DNA from: Felis catus
Lineage: Eukaryota
NCBI RefSeq assembly: GCF_018350175.1
Contig: NC_058368.1
Coordinates: 209,376,001-209,440,000 of the forward strand
DNA: 64,000 nt
Direction of reading: 5' to 3'
Shown here: one piece after another, positions 61,810-64,000 of the stretch
Position numbering within the stretch: position 1 is the first letter of the stretch
Layout: every line of letters starts with the position of its first letter
Made by a program: the position numbers and the translations under genes
The notes under the pieces: generated by a model
What the model saw: the letters and a program-made list of their open reading frames with translations, nothing else
Told to the model about the DNA's origin: nothing
Database searches by the model: none

Positions 61810-63448
61810 AAAAGGTCCTTTCACGTTCATTCTCCTGTTAGCTCTCTGTAACAACACTGGTAGACAGGGCAACTATTATCCCCATCTTACAGCTGAAACA
61901 GCAGAGGCTTAGAGAAGCCAAGGGGGGGGGGCTGCTTCGGATTCCTCTAGAACAATAAAAATAACAGAGAATTTACATGATGCCAAGCATGGTATTAACA
62001 CTTCATGTGCATGATCTCCCTTAATTCTCCAGTTCATCCACTGAGGTCTGTTACCCTAGTTACCCTAGTTAAAAGAACTCAATTTGGTAGGGATAATGAT
62101 GGAAACACTGATTACATGTGTTCCAAAAATGATGAGAAACATGAATTATTCTGTATCTCTCCACTGCCACCTTCTTTCCTTACAGATTCATCTTTCAGTT
62201 TACCACCTCTCTCTCCAGCTGTGTCTGCTGTTTAACCTGTCAAGTTTTAATGTTGATGGCTGCATTTCTTAGAAATTCTCTTTGGTTCTTTCTCCATAGT
62301 TTTCCCCACTATATGCCTTAAAACCCAATGCTGTAGTTAGGATTAGTTTGAGTCCTAGAAGCATCATTTCCTGTGCTTTTAATTGTATAATCTCAGACCT
62401 TTTGTTTTTTTTTTCTCTCCTTTCAGAGTCTCTCATTTTAATATTTTGCAAAATATTTTCTAGTTTAGAGTACCCCAAGGGGTGCCTGGCTGGCTCAGTA
62501 GAACATGTGACTCTGGATCCCAGGGTTGTGAGTTTGAGTGCCACGTTGGGTATAGAGTTTACTTTAGAATAAAACAGCGGGGGTTCTCCAGATATTTTCT
62601 AAACAAATACCTATCAATGTTAGTTTAACAGATAAAATAGCCCCAAAATACAGCGTTGGCCCCAAAATAGCTGAAGTTACATGTACACTGGTATTCTATT
62701 TATACAAGCTCCAGAGATCCAGGGTTTTGTGTTCGTGAAGTGTGTTACGATCTAGCATGAGGCCTTGCCCATAGAAAGGCAAATAGAAGTATTTGTTTCA
62801 TTACCCAGTGGTAGCCTTATCTGACAGGATGAAATCGAGTACAGCTCCACGTTTGTGGCTTGGGGGTGTGTGTGGAGCGTGGCCCAACAATTGACAAGGG
62901 GGCAAGAAGAGGAACAGGGTTTTCTCCTGGCGGAAGCAGAGGCAATGGATTCAGTTTCACCGTTCAGCTCCGGACTCCTCGGGCTAGTCTCCAGAGATAC
63001 TGTTCGTCAATATGCTTTCTAAAGACACCGAGTGGCAGTGTTCACTGTCCACACATAGAGTGCTTCCTTGAGGTTTCTGCCTAGTTTCTGCTGTGGAGTT
63101 TCTCCTTGATGTATCATGGGTCTTTTACCTTTGAAAGCATTCACTGTCCACAATGGGGCAGGAACACCCAAATTTGAAAAGCTTTTTTGCACATGCTCAG
63201 TTTCACAGCATTGTTTCCATATTGTATTTTTATTTTAAGACTGGATATCTGGAAAAAATCCTAGAGAAATGCAGTCTGATCTGAAGAGAAGGAAATTACA
63301 AAGCCATCCCTGGGTAAAGCAAAGTGAGAGAAAGCCAGTGATAGCTTCTCAGGTGTGTAGATACCCCAGGGGTAAAGGTTTATCCTTTTAAATGCAGGAC
63401 TGTTCACCTTAATTTCTTAATTTTGGTGGTGATTTTGTCATTCTTTTT

Positions 63449-63687
63449 ATTTATTTTTATTTATTTTTCTTTTAATTTTTTTTTCAACGTTTATTTATTT
63501 TTGGGACAGAGAGAAACAGAGCATGAACGGGGGAGGGGCAGAGAGAGAGGGAGACACAGAATCGGAAGCAGGCTCCAGGCTCCGAGCCATCAGCCCAGAA
63601 CCTGACGCGGGGCTCGAACTCACGGACCGCGAGATCGTGACCTGGCTGAAGTCGGACGCTTAACCAACTGCGCCACCCAGGCGCCCC
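63449..63687 (-). mobile_element. young SINEC_Fc
   Basis: perfect TSD tttgtcattcttttt at 63434-63448 and 63688-63702. Confidence 0.96.
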
Positions 63688-64000
63688 TTTGTCATTCTTT
63701 TTAGATGGCAATAATTATGTTCATTTGACAAGAGTATTGAAGTCTGGTTACCAGGTCAATTGTAGCAGAAGTGGAGGTGGGATTAGTTGGTGGCCACAGC
63801 CTTTGCTAATCTCTTTTCACAGCCTACTTGAAGCAACAACTCAGCGCCCATCTCCATTTGTTTCCGTCTGCTTTGGAGACACGGCCTGCCCTTGTGGTTA
63901 TAATACTGCTTAACCACGTGTTGGTTTCTCTTTTTATTATCCTTCAGTCTTCAGTCTTTCTGTTTTGCTGGCTGTTTTCTTTTTCAACACAGTGTTCATC

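Noticed and set aside
62860..63084. Next CPLANE1 exon or a small gene
   Set aside because: No frame matches the expected downstream CPLANE1 sequence; no strong splice signals

Overview
Mammalian genomic DNA from a felid (cat family): it carries felid-type tRNA-derived SINEs (SINEC_Fc/CanSINE) and L1_Fc-like LINEs; the species cannot be fixed from this window. The whole window lies inside one + strand gene, CPLANE1 (C5orf42/JBTS17, ciliogenesis and planar polarity effector 1). I traced 20 coding exons by hand (3633-53986) that splice into one open frame of about 1,150 codons from the C-terminal part of the protein, plus one candidate cassette exon (17193-17264). Neither the start nor the stop codon is in the window. 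Introns are packed with transposons: a 5'-inverted (twin-primed) L1 inside a Tigger2-type element, an old near-full-length carnivore L1, a full-length but disabled young L1 nested in an older L1 fragment and itself interrupted by a SINE, roughly 50 SINEs, MER5/MER20/MER58 MITEs, LTR remnants, L2/MIR relics and microsatellites. I found no evidence of a novel gene system. The most interesting signals concern splicing architecture (a GC donor, a frame-compensating microexon/NAGNAG pair, a poison acceptor, a shifted acceptor) and retrotransposon mechanics (twin priming, three-level nesting, a short putative 3' transduction, a SINE-to-SINE conversion tract). Comparisons with human CPLANE1 and with repeat consensus sequences are from memory and need alignment to confirm.
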